A DNA stretch of 64,000 nucleotides, taken from assembly GCA_904063045.1 (NCBI GenBank), contig CAJFCJ010000006.1:1315647-1379646 (forward strand). The letters run 5' to 3'. Shown piece by piece: positions 13,201 to 26,093 of this stretch. Position 1 is the first letter of the stretch; the number at the start of each line of letters is the position of its first letter. This stretch comes from Dimorphilus gyrociliatus. Lineage: Eukaryota > Animalia > Annelida. A model generated the notes under the pieces. The model did no database searches. It had not been told where the DNA came from and saw only the letters and a list, made by a program, of their open reading frames with translations. A program made the translations under genes and the position numbers.

Positions 13201-15717
13201 TAATACCCTTGTTTCTTTCTTAAGGTCCAACTGATAATATGGTTAATGACTTTTGGAAAATGATTTGGGAGCATAAAATTCCCGTCATCATAATGGTGAC
13301 AAATTTATATGAAAATGGAACAGTGAGTTTTCCTTTTAAGCATATGCAAACATTCCATATTTTACTAATTCCAATATAAAAACTATTAAAACATTGATGT
13401 TGACAATGTACAGACGAAATGTGTGCAATATTGGGCAAACAAGGAAGAAGAGAGACCGAAAAATTTCGGTCCAATTTCCGTTCAATGTATAGGAGAAAAA
13501 GAATACCTTGATTATAAAATAAGAAATTTACAGGCCTATAAAGTAAACATGTTGAAAATTTAAGACTTTTTTTATAAATAATATTATTTGCATAAAAAAG
13601 GGAGAAGAGTCGAAAAAGGTTAAATTGTATCATTTTACGGGTTGGCCCGATTTTGGTGTTCCTTCTAGTCCATCATCATTATTGAATTTTATACAAACTA
13701 TTAGAAATGATAAGAGATTACATGACAAAACGGCAGTTATACACTGTAGTGCCGGGGTTGGTAGAACAGGAACTTTTATAGCTTTGCATACTCTTATGCA
13801 ATCAATCGAAGAAACGGGAAGTTTAAACGTCTTTCACACTGTGTTGTCACTAAGACAGGAAAGAGTTGCTATGGTTCAAAAAGAAGTAACCCTATTTTTC
13901 CTTTACATACTATAATAAAGGATATATTCACGACCAATTGTTCACCTTAAAATTTTTGTTATTTATCAACAGGAACAATACGCGTTCATATACAAAGCTT
14001 TGCATGAATATGTTCAATGTGGAAGAACAACATTCTCTGTCAATAAATTTCTTAAAAACCTACCACGTCTAAAAGAAAATCCACCTGGATTTAGCGAATC
14101 GCGAATCGAGAGACAATATGAGGTTATTATTAAACCTTTTCTATATTCGACATATTATATAAAATGCATTTTAAATAGATGGAACTTTTTTACTTTTTAT
14201 CAATCTATAGATGCTCAGCGCCCAAAAGGTTAAATTAACTGTTTCCATATGTCATTTGGGAATTGAAAATAGAGAATTGAATAGAAATCAGGACATTTTA
14301 CCAAGTTGGTTTAATAATTTATTCATAAAATTAAAATATCAAACCAGCCTATATTTTTATTTTTATACTGTTTAATATTCCTATACTGTATATATACTAA
14401 TATATATATATGTTTTTTTTTTCAAGTCGACCAATTTCGTCCTGAATTATCTCCGCTAGATGGCAGAAATACTTATATAAATGCCATATACGTTCCGGTA
14501 TGTTAGCTTTGTTATTTTTTTAATATAAATATGAATAATTTATTAAAACAATAATGATTTTAATATGCAGAATTTTGAAAAGTCAAAGTTTGTTGTTACT
14601 CAAATGCCCATACAAAGTACTAGAATCGATTTATGGCGTTTAGCCGACCAATGTAAATGTAATGTTATAGTTATGCTTAATCCTTTAGACGAAGATAACG
14701 ATGTAATTATTTTACATTATCCTTTCTTTATTAAATGTACTATTATTCCTTAAATTATACATTTCAGCTTGATTTTCCCTATTGGCCTGGAGAGAGCGAA
14801 GCTCTTGTAAGGGAGCTGGCTCCTTATAAGATTGAAAACGATAAACTTAGCCTTTCATTGGACTTGGAAAATGAGCATATAGTAGTTACGCAATTGCTTT
14901 TATCCAAAAGCACTGATGTAAATATTACATATTTTTTCAACTGTTTGTCTAGCATTAATTACAAATATTAATTTAATTTATTACTTAATTTTAGAAGACA
15001 ACCAGAGTGCCTAAAATAATTCGTCACGTAAGACTTACAAACTGGACAGATAAGAATGAAGTTCCTCCTGACATGACAACGTTCATAGATCTATTTGAAA
15101 TTGTTCGAAAATTAAATATGGATAGCACAAAACATAAAAGAATACTTATACATTGTTTGTAAGTGATATAGACAAGATTGAAAACGATAACGTATCATAA
15201 GTTATAAACTAAGATGGCAAAATTCTTGTTCTATATAGAGCATACTGTATATACTGTATATATACATTAGTATATATATTTATAGATAGATAGCTAAATA
15301 GATAGATAGATAGATAGACAGATAGATAGAGAGTAATCTTTCTATAATGATAACGACTTTATTATATTCGTATGCAAGTATGTTATATTAAATGGTTATT
15401 AATATTAATTTACAGAGATGGAGCGAAGAGGAGTGGCTTATTCTGCGCTGGCTTTGCCTTATTGGAAAAGATAATTAATGAAAAAAATGTTGATATTTTT
15501 CAAATCGTTCAACAAATTCAGCGTAACAGACCGCAATTTATTCAAAGTGTTGTAAGGAAAATTAATTACCTCATAGTTAATACATATACTAAACTAATTA
15601 TATAATTAATAGGAACAATACGCATTCCTCTATGAACTCGCCGCAACGTGGATAAAAAAACACAGTAACAAATCGGAAACCCAGTCATCTCATATCTATT
15701 CAAATGTCCAAAATTGA
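10293..15717 (+). CDS. Receptor-type protein tyrosine phosphatase: F-type lectin-like + CTL-like + EGF + TM + PTP D1 + D2 (receptor R1)
   Basis: About 22 exons. Signal peptide MQYERLVILIISIILSSVVSING. F-lectin-like domain (WITLKL..RRLCCE..GNYVTI..IHLAEIEIYG). EGF Cys patterns. TM IGLIIGVVLASVVLFIAIVVGVVFCY. D1 has KNRY, DYINANYI, FIASQGP, GWPDFGVP, IHCSAGVGRTG (13742) and MVQKEEQY. D2 has YINAIYV, VTQMP and IHCLDGAKRSG. TGA at 15715-15717. Confidence 0.92.
10415..11990 (+). repeat. Segmental duplication, copy 1 (copy 2 at about 19210-20785)
   Basis: Near-identical sequence at +8795, visible as duplicated ORFs 10440/19235, 10790/19585, 11093/19888 and 11478/20273. Confidence 0.95.
15282..15330. 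repeat. (GATA)n microsatellite in an RPTP intron
   Basis: Imperfect tagatagatag run. Confidence 0.85.
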
Positions 15718-16497
15718 AATGATTTCCGGTCTATATATTAATTGACAACTTATGAAAATTGTTTCAATGTAAAAGTATGTATTTTTATTTAGCAAAAGTT
15801 TTTATCAATTGCATTTCTCATTTATGTTGTGCTATATGAATATATAATGCATTTCAAGCATATCCACCCTTTCTATCTGTCTGTCTGTTTGTACATATAT
15901 ACTCACTTCCCTGGAACGTATTGATCCAGCTTTAGACAGCTTTCTTAAACTTTTTTTCTTTTTAAAAAAAAAATGCTCTGGTTTAAAACAAAATGATATT
16001 TATACAAATTTTTAGAGATTTAAATGTTATTAATTGTCTTTTAAGAGTATAAGAGTTTTATTATTTATAGAATGATAAACGTTCAGTTTTTTTTGACTTC
16101 AGAATATATATATACAAAAAAATAAAAAAAGAAAGAAACTAGATAATAAACACCTTCTTAGTGTCTTTTTTTTATAATTTGAAAACAAAAGAGAGAAACC
16201 TTTTCTTCCTTTTTTTGATTAAATATTATGTAACGTTTAATAGATTGCATAATACTTTTAAATGAAAATAAATACCATCATACAACTAAGTGTCTCTTTT
16301 TTGTAGTTTATAAGATTAGTTAGAAAAAAAATATTCTAATCACGTGGAATCTAATAGCTCTTACTTAATTACTGATTAGAGAGATTAGTTTGAAGGAATC
16401 TAAAAAAACACGAAATAAGATGATCTACCAGTTATCAAAATAAAGATCAAATTCCTTAACAATGGTACAGATGAAAGAGAATATTTCCCTCTTCAAG

Positions 16498-16534
16498 TCT
16501 CTCCCTCTCTCTCTCTCTCTCTCTATCTCTCTCT
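16498..16534. repeat. (CT)n microsatellite
   Basis: Imperfect ctctctct run. Confidence 0.85.
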
Positions 16535-17093
16535 ATTTCTTTAACAATACCAAATTCTTCCTTTAAAATAATATCTTTATCAGTAACAAAAATATCTTCA
16601 AAACAATGTGTTTTTTCAATTAAACTTCTAGTTTAATTTACAACGTTTCGACCTGATTTTGTTTTATAATGGCCACTAACATCATATTAAACTTACAATT
16701 AATTTATCATATTCTTTTTTTTTAAAAAAAAAACCTAAAAGCTATTAGACTTTTTTTTTGGTTCTTTTTTTTCGCCAACACCAAAAGTTATCGTTTGCAA
16801 AAAAAAACCACTGCTTTCATTAGTTTTGTAAGAGATCTTAAGTCTAAGATCCTGTTTTTTTCAAGAGATAAAACAAAAAAAAAAGAGTACTTCCGTTAGA
16901 AAATAAAACCCATATTGTAGGCTGAAACATGCTATAAAAGCGCCACTTATTAAACTATCGGAGTTTTATGTACGCGTAGTCCTCTTTCTGTGCGTATAAA
17001 AGAGCTGCACATGTTGATGTAGGTCGGTTCGATTTACATTACAAACTAGAGAAAAGAGAAAAAAAAGGAACGGGCAGTTTGGCATATGTAAGA

Positions 17094-18216
17094 ATGTACA
17101 TATATGGCTTCCATTTTCCAGTGTGCCAGCGTAAAATATTTAGTTTCTTACTGTTTCTCTTGATTATTTTAGCATTTTGGGGATTATCTCTAAGTGAGTA
17201 TTACCTTAATCAATTAATTTACCATGCCTACTCTATTTTCAAAGCTGTAAAATCGTGTATTTTGTCTAGAAGGTCACGAACGTACGAGTAACAATTATAC
17301 TCCTAGACTTACAACAGTAAGTACACAAGTTCTTTTTGGCCTGTTTCATTAAGTTTTCTCTCTGCAGAAGGAAACTGTGGCGGCTAGATTACGTCAGCTG
17401 AAAGATGTTTGTTCGAAATCGAATGATCCTCATCCGATTGCCCTGACTAATTTATATGTACAAGAGAATTATAAGATTGTTTTTTGCCTAGTCCCAAAAA
17501 CAGCTAGTACCAATTGGAGAAAGATTCTAGTTAGTCTATCGCCCAGATTCTATCATTTGAGACCGTCTAATATCTCTTCGGAACTTCTCGATACAAAGGA
17601 AGCGAAGCAGGTGCTAAAACCTCTCGGAGAATATAAAAGCGAAGAAATTAGTACGTTTATGAACAATTATACGAAAATAATGTTTGTCCGACATCCTTTT
17701 GAGAGGCTTTTGTCGGCCTACAGGAATAAATTTGTCAAGACGTATACTAACTATTTTAGAAATCGTTTTGGCAAATTGATAGTTGCATATTTCAGACCAA
17801 ATGCTAGTCAGGAAGAAAAGGAAAAAGGAATTCCTACTTTTCTAGAATTTGTCTACTATTTACTGAATATTAGTTATATGCCGTTTAAGACTAACCCACA
17901 TTGGGATAGTATAAATAACATATGCTCACCGTGTACCATACAGTACGACTTTATAGGTCATTATGAAACTCTGATGGAGGATACAAAATATATTTTAGAG
18001 CATTTAAAATTACAAGATAAAATGTTGCCTTACAGTAGACGGAAGACTACTGAAAAAGAATGGCGTAGAGAATTTTGTAACACTCTTCATCCCATGCTTA
18101 TTGAAGAGTTAAAGGTATTTTATAGAAGAGATTTTGAACTTTTTGGTTATAATATATCTCATCTCACACAAGATAAACTATGCAAGGAACACGTCAACTC
18201 TTTACCATCGTCATAA
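17094..18216 (+). CDS. Golgi carbohydrate sulfotransferase, CHST11/12/14-like (Sulfotransfer_2 family)
   Basis: Exons 17094-17193 (type II TM anchor IFSFLLFLLIILAFWGLSL), 17270-17316 and 17368-18216. PAPS motifs VPKTASTNWRK and FVRHPFERLLSAYRNKF, plus HW, YDFIGHYETL and DFELFGY. Confidence 0.9.
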
Positions 18217-19074
18217 CATTTTTTTAATATCTATTACTTTTATTTCTATTTTTTTTTTTACAAAAAAAAAAATTTTAATTCTACTTATAAGAAATTTTCT
18301 TTTTAATCAACAGATTTTTTACATATTCATATCAATAGATATAATCAATACAAAGATCTACTTGATTCGATAGTAATATACAATATGTTAATTATAAATT
18401 TTAACTGTTTTTAAGGATATACACTGTCTATTTTTTTTCTTTTTTTTTTTTTAAAAATAAACTTCTTTTCATAGTCAAAACTTTAGTTTTTTATTTTATT
18501 CTCTTCATAGTTATTTTAAATAATTATCCCGCCAAAAATGAACTATATAAATGATTATAAAAACATTTTTCTTTACTGTCATTGGTTTGGATATACAAAA
18601 AGAAACAAAGATTCTTTAACAATAATTACATAGATTATCATAATATTTGATACTGACGAAGAGTTTAATGACTTTTAACCTACACTAAAATAATATTTAT
18701 TTTAAGAAGAAACCTATTTAAGAAGAGCCTCATTCAGTCAAACAAACTATCATAATAAAGGAATGGTTGCAATACATATAAAATCTTTAGGTAAAAGTCT
18801 ACAATAGTCAATATTAATACAAATATACCTCTATATTCAATTTATATACTTCCTGTTTGGTTTTTAAAATGATTTTTTAGAGAACTATTTGAAAAATTGG
18901 TAATAATTTACTAACAACATAAAACAATCGAATATTCCGTTAATTTTTATAATAATCATCTATGTTACTTTCAATCTACTTTTACTTTTCTATAGCAAAG
19001 GAAAACGTCACTTCACTTCGAGAAATCTTCATTCGACCAAAATTAGACAAACTGATACACCAGCATTATTGAAA

Positions 19075-21417
19075 ATGCAATATGAACGTTTACTAATTTT
19101 GATTATCAGTATTCTAAGTTCCGTTGTCTCAATAAATGGTAATATACTTATAAATATTCTATATATAGTTTGCAACATACTTTCATATACTAATCTAATA
19201 TATATAAAAGTAAAGACTTTTCTATAAAACATCTATGTCTGTCTTTTATATGAAATGCGTTCAGTTTCAAAACATTTCCTTTTTTATCCATTTTTTTCTC
19301 TTTCATTTCTTTCTTCTAGCAAAGAAAATTACCCAAATTCAAACCATCTTTACTTCGAACATCGTGGAAGGTCAAACGAGGAATGTTATAGATGAAGATC
19401 TGAGTAGTTATCTTGTTCTACAACCAGCTTCTGGAACTCTTTCATGGATTACGCTAAAACTCTCTAATTTTGCTGTTATTAATAGAGTAATTGTGAAGAG
19501 GAGATTGTGTTGCGAAGGTATTCTTTATTTGTCTCTCTTACATCATACTGTATATTATAACTAGTCATCAAATCAACAGATCATATGGCGATATTTTCCG
19601 TTTCGATTGGAGATTCATTTTGTCAAAGTGATTCCAAATCTTTTCAACCATCAACTCAAGATTCATTGTGTTATTCATACAATTATGGAAGCACCAGTAA
19701 TGTTCCTGAATCAGTGAATGAAACATGCTCAACATCTCTTCATTCAAGGCCTCCTCTTGGAAATTATGTTACAATATTCAAAAATTCTCCTAGCAGAAAT
19801 ATACATTTAGCAGAGATTGAGATTTATGGAGAAATTCTATCAGGTTTGCAAACGTTTTTAAAGTGTATTTTATAATTATTTCGATGTTTGATTAAATTTA
19901 TTGAAGATATTACTCCACTCAAAGAAAATTATGTTTATGAAAAGCATGGAACAAGAGGTTATATTCTGAAGAGAGAGAAGAACAACTTTTGGAACGCAAA
20001 GAAAAAATGCGAAGACGATAATTCGTATTTAGCAATAAATTCTGACAGTTTCTTAGCATCATATCTTCGGAGAGGTGAGTAGAATCTTCGTTTTCAAGTA
20101 GATAATAAGATATGAAAAGTGATATTGTTGTATTGTTTATTAAACAATAGAAATAAGTGAGAATAAGTTTTGGCGAAATGGACATTATTTCGACAATAAA
20201 TGGTATACCGCATCAGATTGTTCGCAAGAGTTAAGCTCTTTACCAAATGCAGTAAATTCACCAACAAATGATATGAAAATGTATTGGGATAGAGATTTGA
20301 AATTATATGGAGAGAATCCCAATCAACAATTCTATTACATTTGTGAAAGAGATTTACCGAATACTGTATCGAATTGTCCTGATTATTGTGAATATTGTGA
20401 AATATTTAATCGTAATAACATGGACTCGAGGTGCATTTGTGAAAATGGAAAATATGGAGTAAGATGTCAGTGGCGTAAGTATACATTGAATTTGAAATGT
20501 GAAGAGAAAAATGATTTAGAAATGAATGAAAATTTGTTGAATAGCTTGTTTGGGAAATTTTTATGGGGTTGATTGTAATATTGCGTGTGGAAACTGTAGA
20601 GGAGGATCAGCTTGTAATTCTAAAACTGGATTATGCTCTGGTGGTTGCGAAAATGGTTGGACAGGAGATAAATGTAATGAAGTTGAGACAACAGTAAGTA
20701 GTATAGAAAGTACAGTTATAACAAGAAAATTAACCTCTTTAATCCGGTTATCTATATTGGCTCCCACAAAACCATCAAGTGATGCAGGTGTGAAAAGGGA
20801 AAGTACTCCAACCATAGTGTCAACATCTGCTTTGATTTCAATCAATACTACATATAAATATACGGGAAGTGACAATTGTAAGTAATTAGTTAATTTTTAT
20901 GTTCCAGTTTACTTCAATATAATATGATTTAGATTTAAATGCTTATATTTTCTTATCTGAAAAAACTCAGCTAAACAGAGTTTGATAATTGGGATTACTG
21001 TCGGTTTAGTTGGGATTCTTGTCATCATTATGGCATCCATTTGTATATTTAGAAGGTAGCAAATGTTATTAATTGGTATCTGTTGTTTTTTAATAAGGTT
21101 AATGTTTGAAGATGGAGGAGAAAAGATAACAATGAGGCGAATTCTTACTATTCGGAACCAGAGTTCCATATATTAGATTACCTATGTTGTTTTTGTGGTA
21201 TAAGAGGGTAAACTATCTATTTAATACTTACACTTGAAAATTCATTTATTATTTTGTATTTAAATGTTAAAATAGGAAAAACGCAAAAGATAATCAAAGA
21301 GAAAGCAACTACTATTCGGAAGCTGAACCCGTGAAGAGAGAAATTTTCTGCTCTTGTAACTGTTTTAAAAGTAAAGAAAAGGCTAAAAAGGAGTTTTATG
21401 AAAATTATGAGTTATAA
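19075..21417 (+). CDS. Phosphatase-less near-identical paralogue of the R1 ectodomain with a short Cys/Tyr-rich tail (R2)
   Basis: The ectodomain exons are almost identical to R1 at an offset of 8795. The stalk diverges. TM SLIIGITVGLVGILVIIMASICIF. Tail exons 21112-21207 and 21276-21417 end FYENYEL-stop. No PTP exons follow. Confidence 0.8.
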
Positions 21418-21803
21418 ATTGAAATCCGTGAAAAAAATATGTATAATATGTTAGTTTATCGAATATACTAGAGTTTTTATATGCTATAATGAAGGATTAT
21501 CTTTTTTTCCTAGTGAGACGAAAGTACACATCATGATACAAGGAATAGGATAATTATTTGATGTTAATTATTAACCGTTACTTACAATTCAATAAATCAT
21601 TTATAAAATGAGAATAATATTAGAAATCTTAGTAAAATAGATATTAAACAGTATAGCATGTTACAATAAATATATATACAGTAAATAACAATGAAGCCAA
21701 AAAGCCTATCAGCAGATATTTTATACTTTAAAATTAATCTTCCCCTTTCCCCTGTTCGAAAAGCAGTGATATTTATATACAACAGAGGATTTTTGATTAA
21801 AAG

Positions 21804-22967
21804 ATGTATTTTAAACTGCAGGATGCCATAATTTTAGTATTTTTTTGTTTAATTAAAACAACTGATACATCAGGTTACTAATTTACAATCTACATTACAG
21901 TTTTGGTAAATTTAGCTTGTGATTTGTAGCGCAATTTGTTTTTTTTTTTGATACAGCTAGCCAAAAGAATCTTGAGATAGTTAAAATACATACGTCTCAT
22001 ATTATTGACTGCCCATTGAAAAATATGATTAGTAACAATATACAGTTCTGTACTGTTTCATCAACGGCTAAGAGTAAATGGATAACTTTTGAACTTGCTA
22101 ATTATTCTTTAATAGAAAGAGTAGCAGTCATAAGTATAAACGGTTAAAAACTTTGCTATCTATTTTTTATATGTTCATTAATTTGATCTCTATGCAAATA
22201 GGGAAAATGAAAAACTTTTCGGTCTATGTAGGCCAAAAGTTTTATAAAGAGAGGAGTACACCTTACTTCCAGCCTTCTCAACAACGGCTATGTTTCACTC
22301 GTAATGAAACTAGTAAACAATCAAGTCATACGGATACATGCGTTCGGGCTCTATATGGACGGAATGTTACTATTTTCGTCGATAGAATAAATGAAAACAT
22401 CCATATATCGTATATAAAAATTACTGGAGAAATAATACCAGGTAGATGAAATATTTAATACTTACTATATAGAAGTATTTATACAGTTATAACTGTAATG
22501 AAATATAATTATTGAATGATTTTTTTTCACAATTAAAAAGATAACAAGTCATTGGAAGTAACAACGCAGTCGTCAATGATAAATAATACAAGTCCAAAGA
22601 CAATATCGGCTAGTACAAGTAGCAACAGTGGTAATTAGGTTGATTTTTTGTTTTATTTGACATTTTATATATTATATATGAATAGAAAACAATGCCAAAA
22701 CACCGAGTATTATTGCTGGAATAGTTGTTGGAACAGTTATATTTGTTGCTATTGCAGTTGGTGGTCTTTTATTATATTTTAGGTAATGTCTTGGAATAGT
22801 TGATATTTCTTTTGATTATCTATTTTCAATTTTATAGAAAGAAAATGATTAAAAAAAAGGCTTTGTTTTCTGAAAATGATCCTTACTCCTCCGTTAGAGC
22901 ACAAGATAATATATATACTGGATTAGAGAAAGAAAATTCTGCAAATACAACTGAACAGACAGATTAA
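21804..22967 (+). CDS. F-type lectin-like single-pass receptor with an ITAM-like tail; lacks CTL and EGF domains (R3)
   Basis: Six exons. Signal peptide MYFKLQDAIILVFFCLIKTTDTS. F-lectin-like domain (KWITFEL..LC..C...YGRNVTIF). S/T stalk. TM IIAGIVVGTVIFVAIAVGGLLLYF. Tail RKKMIKKKALFSENDPYSSVRAQDNIYTGLEKENSANTTEQTD-stop. Confidence 0.75.
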
Positions 22968-24258
22968 TTCAAATAATTTTGATAAAATATTAATAATTTT
23001 GAGATAAATCTTTTCTCTCTCTATCAATTTACTGATATAACGATTTTCCTCTTCTTCTTCCCATTTCATTTAAAAAATCTGTTGATAAACAAAACTCAAT
23101 AGTGTTCTTATGATAATAAACTATGTAACTTCTGTACTTTTTGTACTTTCCTTTAAATATTCAAGAGCTTGTTGTCGTTATATTTTCCTGTAGAAGCTTT
23201 TTATACATTTGTACAAAATGAGAAATTTAATAGTATTCATTTAATTGTATCGATACATGAAGTATGTTTTTTGACCCGTTTAGCAGTTCTTTAACAATTA
23301 TAAAAAGAAGAAATTTCTATAGCTAAGAATTGAAACAATACCTTTTCTCTGTTAAAAATGTTATGGTATGACTATTCACTATGTTAATACTAAATGAAAA
23401 TGAAACTGCCAAATAGCTACTAATCTATATAGATATAGCTCTCTGATCTTTTTAAAATTATGAACAAAGCGTTACTACTCACTATTCAATTATATTCTTA
23501 ATTCCATCAAATAGTCCATCTCATTTATTGTCCATCAAACGCTTTTTTTATATCTTTTTCTTAAATGGCTACAATTGACAAATAATTGAATGGATTGAAT
23601 GTTATTAAGGCATTATCGTTTTCCCTCTCTATATGAGTATGCTTAATGCATGAATAGCTAATAGAGTAAAGATTTCTCCTCATAGGAGAGATTTATCATT
23701 TGAAAATGATTCCAAATTATTCATTAATGGAAACTTATTATCAGTATCTCAATCAATTAATCAAACATATTTTTACAGCTTTGTACGATAAAAAAACCAA
23801 TGTTATGGAAAATTGAACCAAGTTGATGATATATTCTCTGAGAATTCAAAGAAAAGCTTTCAAGATAAACTCAGAATTAAGTGATGTAAAAATTTACCAG
23901 AATACGAACGTAGAGCATTTAAATTCTGAATTATCTTTTACACTAGAAAGAGATTTCTACAAATTCTTCATAGTTTAAAATAGACCAAAAAAAGATGCAA
24001 AGGAAATGCATCTATAAAAACTGGTAGATGAAAAAGCTAATTTCACAAAGATGAATATTAATAATACGTCTATTTTATTGATATGTTTAATATTGAAAAA
24101 TAAAGCTTTAATTATAAAACTGAAACTTGTTTTGGTGAATAAAGAAAATGATTATAATAGAAATTTCTTGTATACTTCCGTTTCAATACCGTTTGCTACT
24201 TATTAAGAAGTTTTATATCTTTTGAATATCAATATTTAATATTCATTAGATATTATTT

Positions 24259-26093
24259 ATGGCGTCGAATCTGTTCTACCTGTTTTTAATAATAACCTTA
24301 TTCAATCTACTTTGTATGTTAACAGGTAATTAAACGCTTTTTATTGTTTACTTTTTTCTTAATTCAACTTATAGTTAATTGAATTAGCCTTAATAATACG
24401 AACTTTTCGTGCAGGAGGCAGAATTTCTTTTAAAAATATACACAAAATTGATTATAGTAATGCGGTCAATGGACAACATCATAATATTTTGGATGGAAAT
24501 AAATCAACGTATATGAATATTGGTCCAAAATATTTAAACAATGATAAATGGATATTATTTCATTTTTCTCGAACTTTTCTTATTGAGAGAATTGCCATTA
24601 GTATAAATAATAGTAAACCTGGTATCGAGTCCAAGTTTTATTTCTTTGTGGGACATTCTTACTGTCTTACTTCCGATTTTAAATATAAACCTAATAACGA
24701 TTTCCTCTGCTACTCATTCGACAGTAGACACTTATCAGAATCTTTACCAGTTGTCAATAGAACTTGTTCAAAGTCTCTTGTAGGAAGACAAGTTACCTTA
24801 TTTAATAATGACTCTTTAAATATTCATATATGTGATATTGAAATATATGGAAAGCCATTGTCAGGTAGATGGATGAAATTGATCAAATAATGAAAGAAAT
24901 ACTTAATTGTTTCTATATATATAAATATATCTCTATAAAATAATTGTAGAAGTAACAAAGTTAAACCGAAAATATGCTTATAAAGAAGATAAAACAAGAG
25001 GATTTGCGTTGAAAAAAGATAAAGTGACGTATTCCAAGGCGTTAGAAGGTTGTATGGAAGATAATTCCTATTTGGCAATTGATTCACCAAATTTCTTGAA
25101 ATCATACCTAAGAAAAGGTAAATCAAAAGTTTTAAAATCTTTATCTAAAGGGAAATGTAAGAGCAACTTGCAAGTCCTTGTTTTCGTATATAGAAACTGA
25201 GGCAAATAGATTCTGGAGAGAAGGTTATCGAGCAAAAAGTTTTTGGTATAGTACAGGGAATTGTTCCGTCCCAATTAAATCTGTTAACGATTCTTGTACC
25301 TTATCGAACGATCTGCGAATAAAATGGAATAGAAATCTCGAAATGAATGCGGAACACACAAGCAAATTGTTCGACTACGTTTGCGAAAGGGAACTTCCAA
25401 GTTCAGTGTTAGATTGTGCTGAAACGTGTGAATATTGTACAATAGATGAAAGCTTTCAAAGCGTATGCATTTGTCCAAAGGGAAGATTAGGGTCGCAGTG
25501 TCAATGGCGTAAGTATAAATAGAGTACAAGAAGAATTTAAGACACCACAAAAAAATAATAACTGAATATCTTTAATATATTAGCATGCATGGGAAATTTC
25601 TTTGGAGAAGATTGCAATACTCCATGCGGCAATTGTAAATTTAACAAATGCAATAGTAAAAGTGGAAAATGTTTAGATAATTGTCAAGATGGTTGGATGG
25701 GAGAAAATTGTAACAGACAATTAATTACGAATACTACTGATAATGTCCAACCTACAATAAATACAAAACTATTAGCATTCAACAGAAAAGGAAACTCAAC
25801 AAAAACTAACGAAAAAGGTAAGAATAGAAATTAAACAAATGATACAAGCAAACAAGCATCTATTACTCACATTATGGTTACATTACAGACGATCTATCGG
25901 ACGGGACTAAACAAGATATCATAATAGGTATCGTTGCGGGAACAGTATGTATCGCAATAATTATATTAATAGGAATTTACGTATACGTTAAGTAATACCT
26001 ATTATCATTCTTTATATTTATACTTTAACACTATTTATTCTCTCTTTCATACAAAGAAAAACAACAGTTCGCGGACAAGAAGTCTTTTATTAA
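24259..26093 (+). CDS. F-type lectin-like + CTL-like + EGF single-pass receptor with a minimal tail (R4)
   Basis: Signal peptide MASNLFYLFLIITLFNLLCMLTG. ILDGNK..VGRQVTLF..IHICDIEIYG. CTL-like and EGF exons are homologous to R1. TM IIIGIVAGTVCIAIIILIGIYVYV. Tail KKTTVRGQEVFY-stop. Confidence 0.78.

Noticed and set aside
19210-20785. High dN/dS as proof of positive selection between R1 and R2
   Set aside because: About 10 replacement to 4 silent changes is close to the neutral ratio. Only the exon-versus-intron contrast was kept as a finding.
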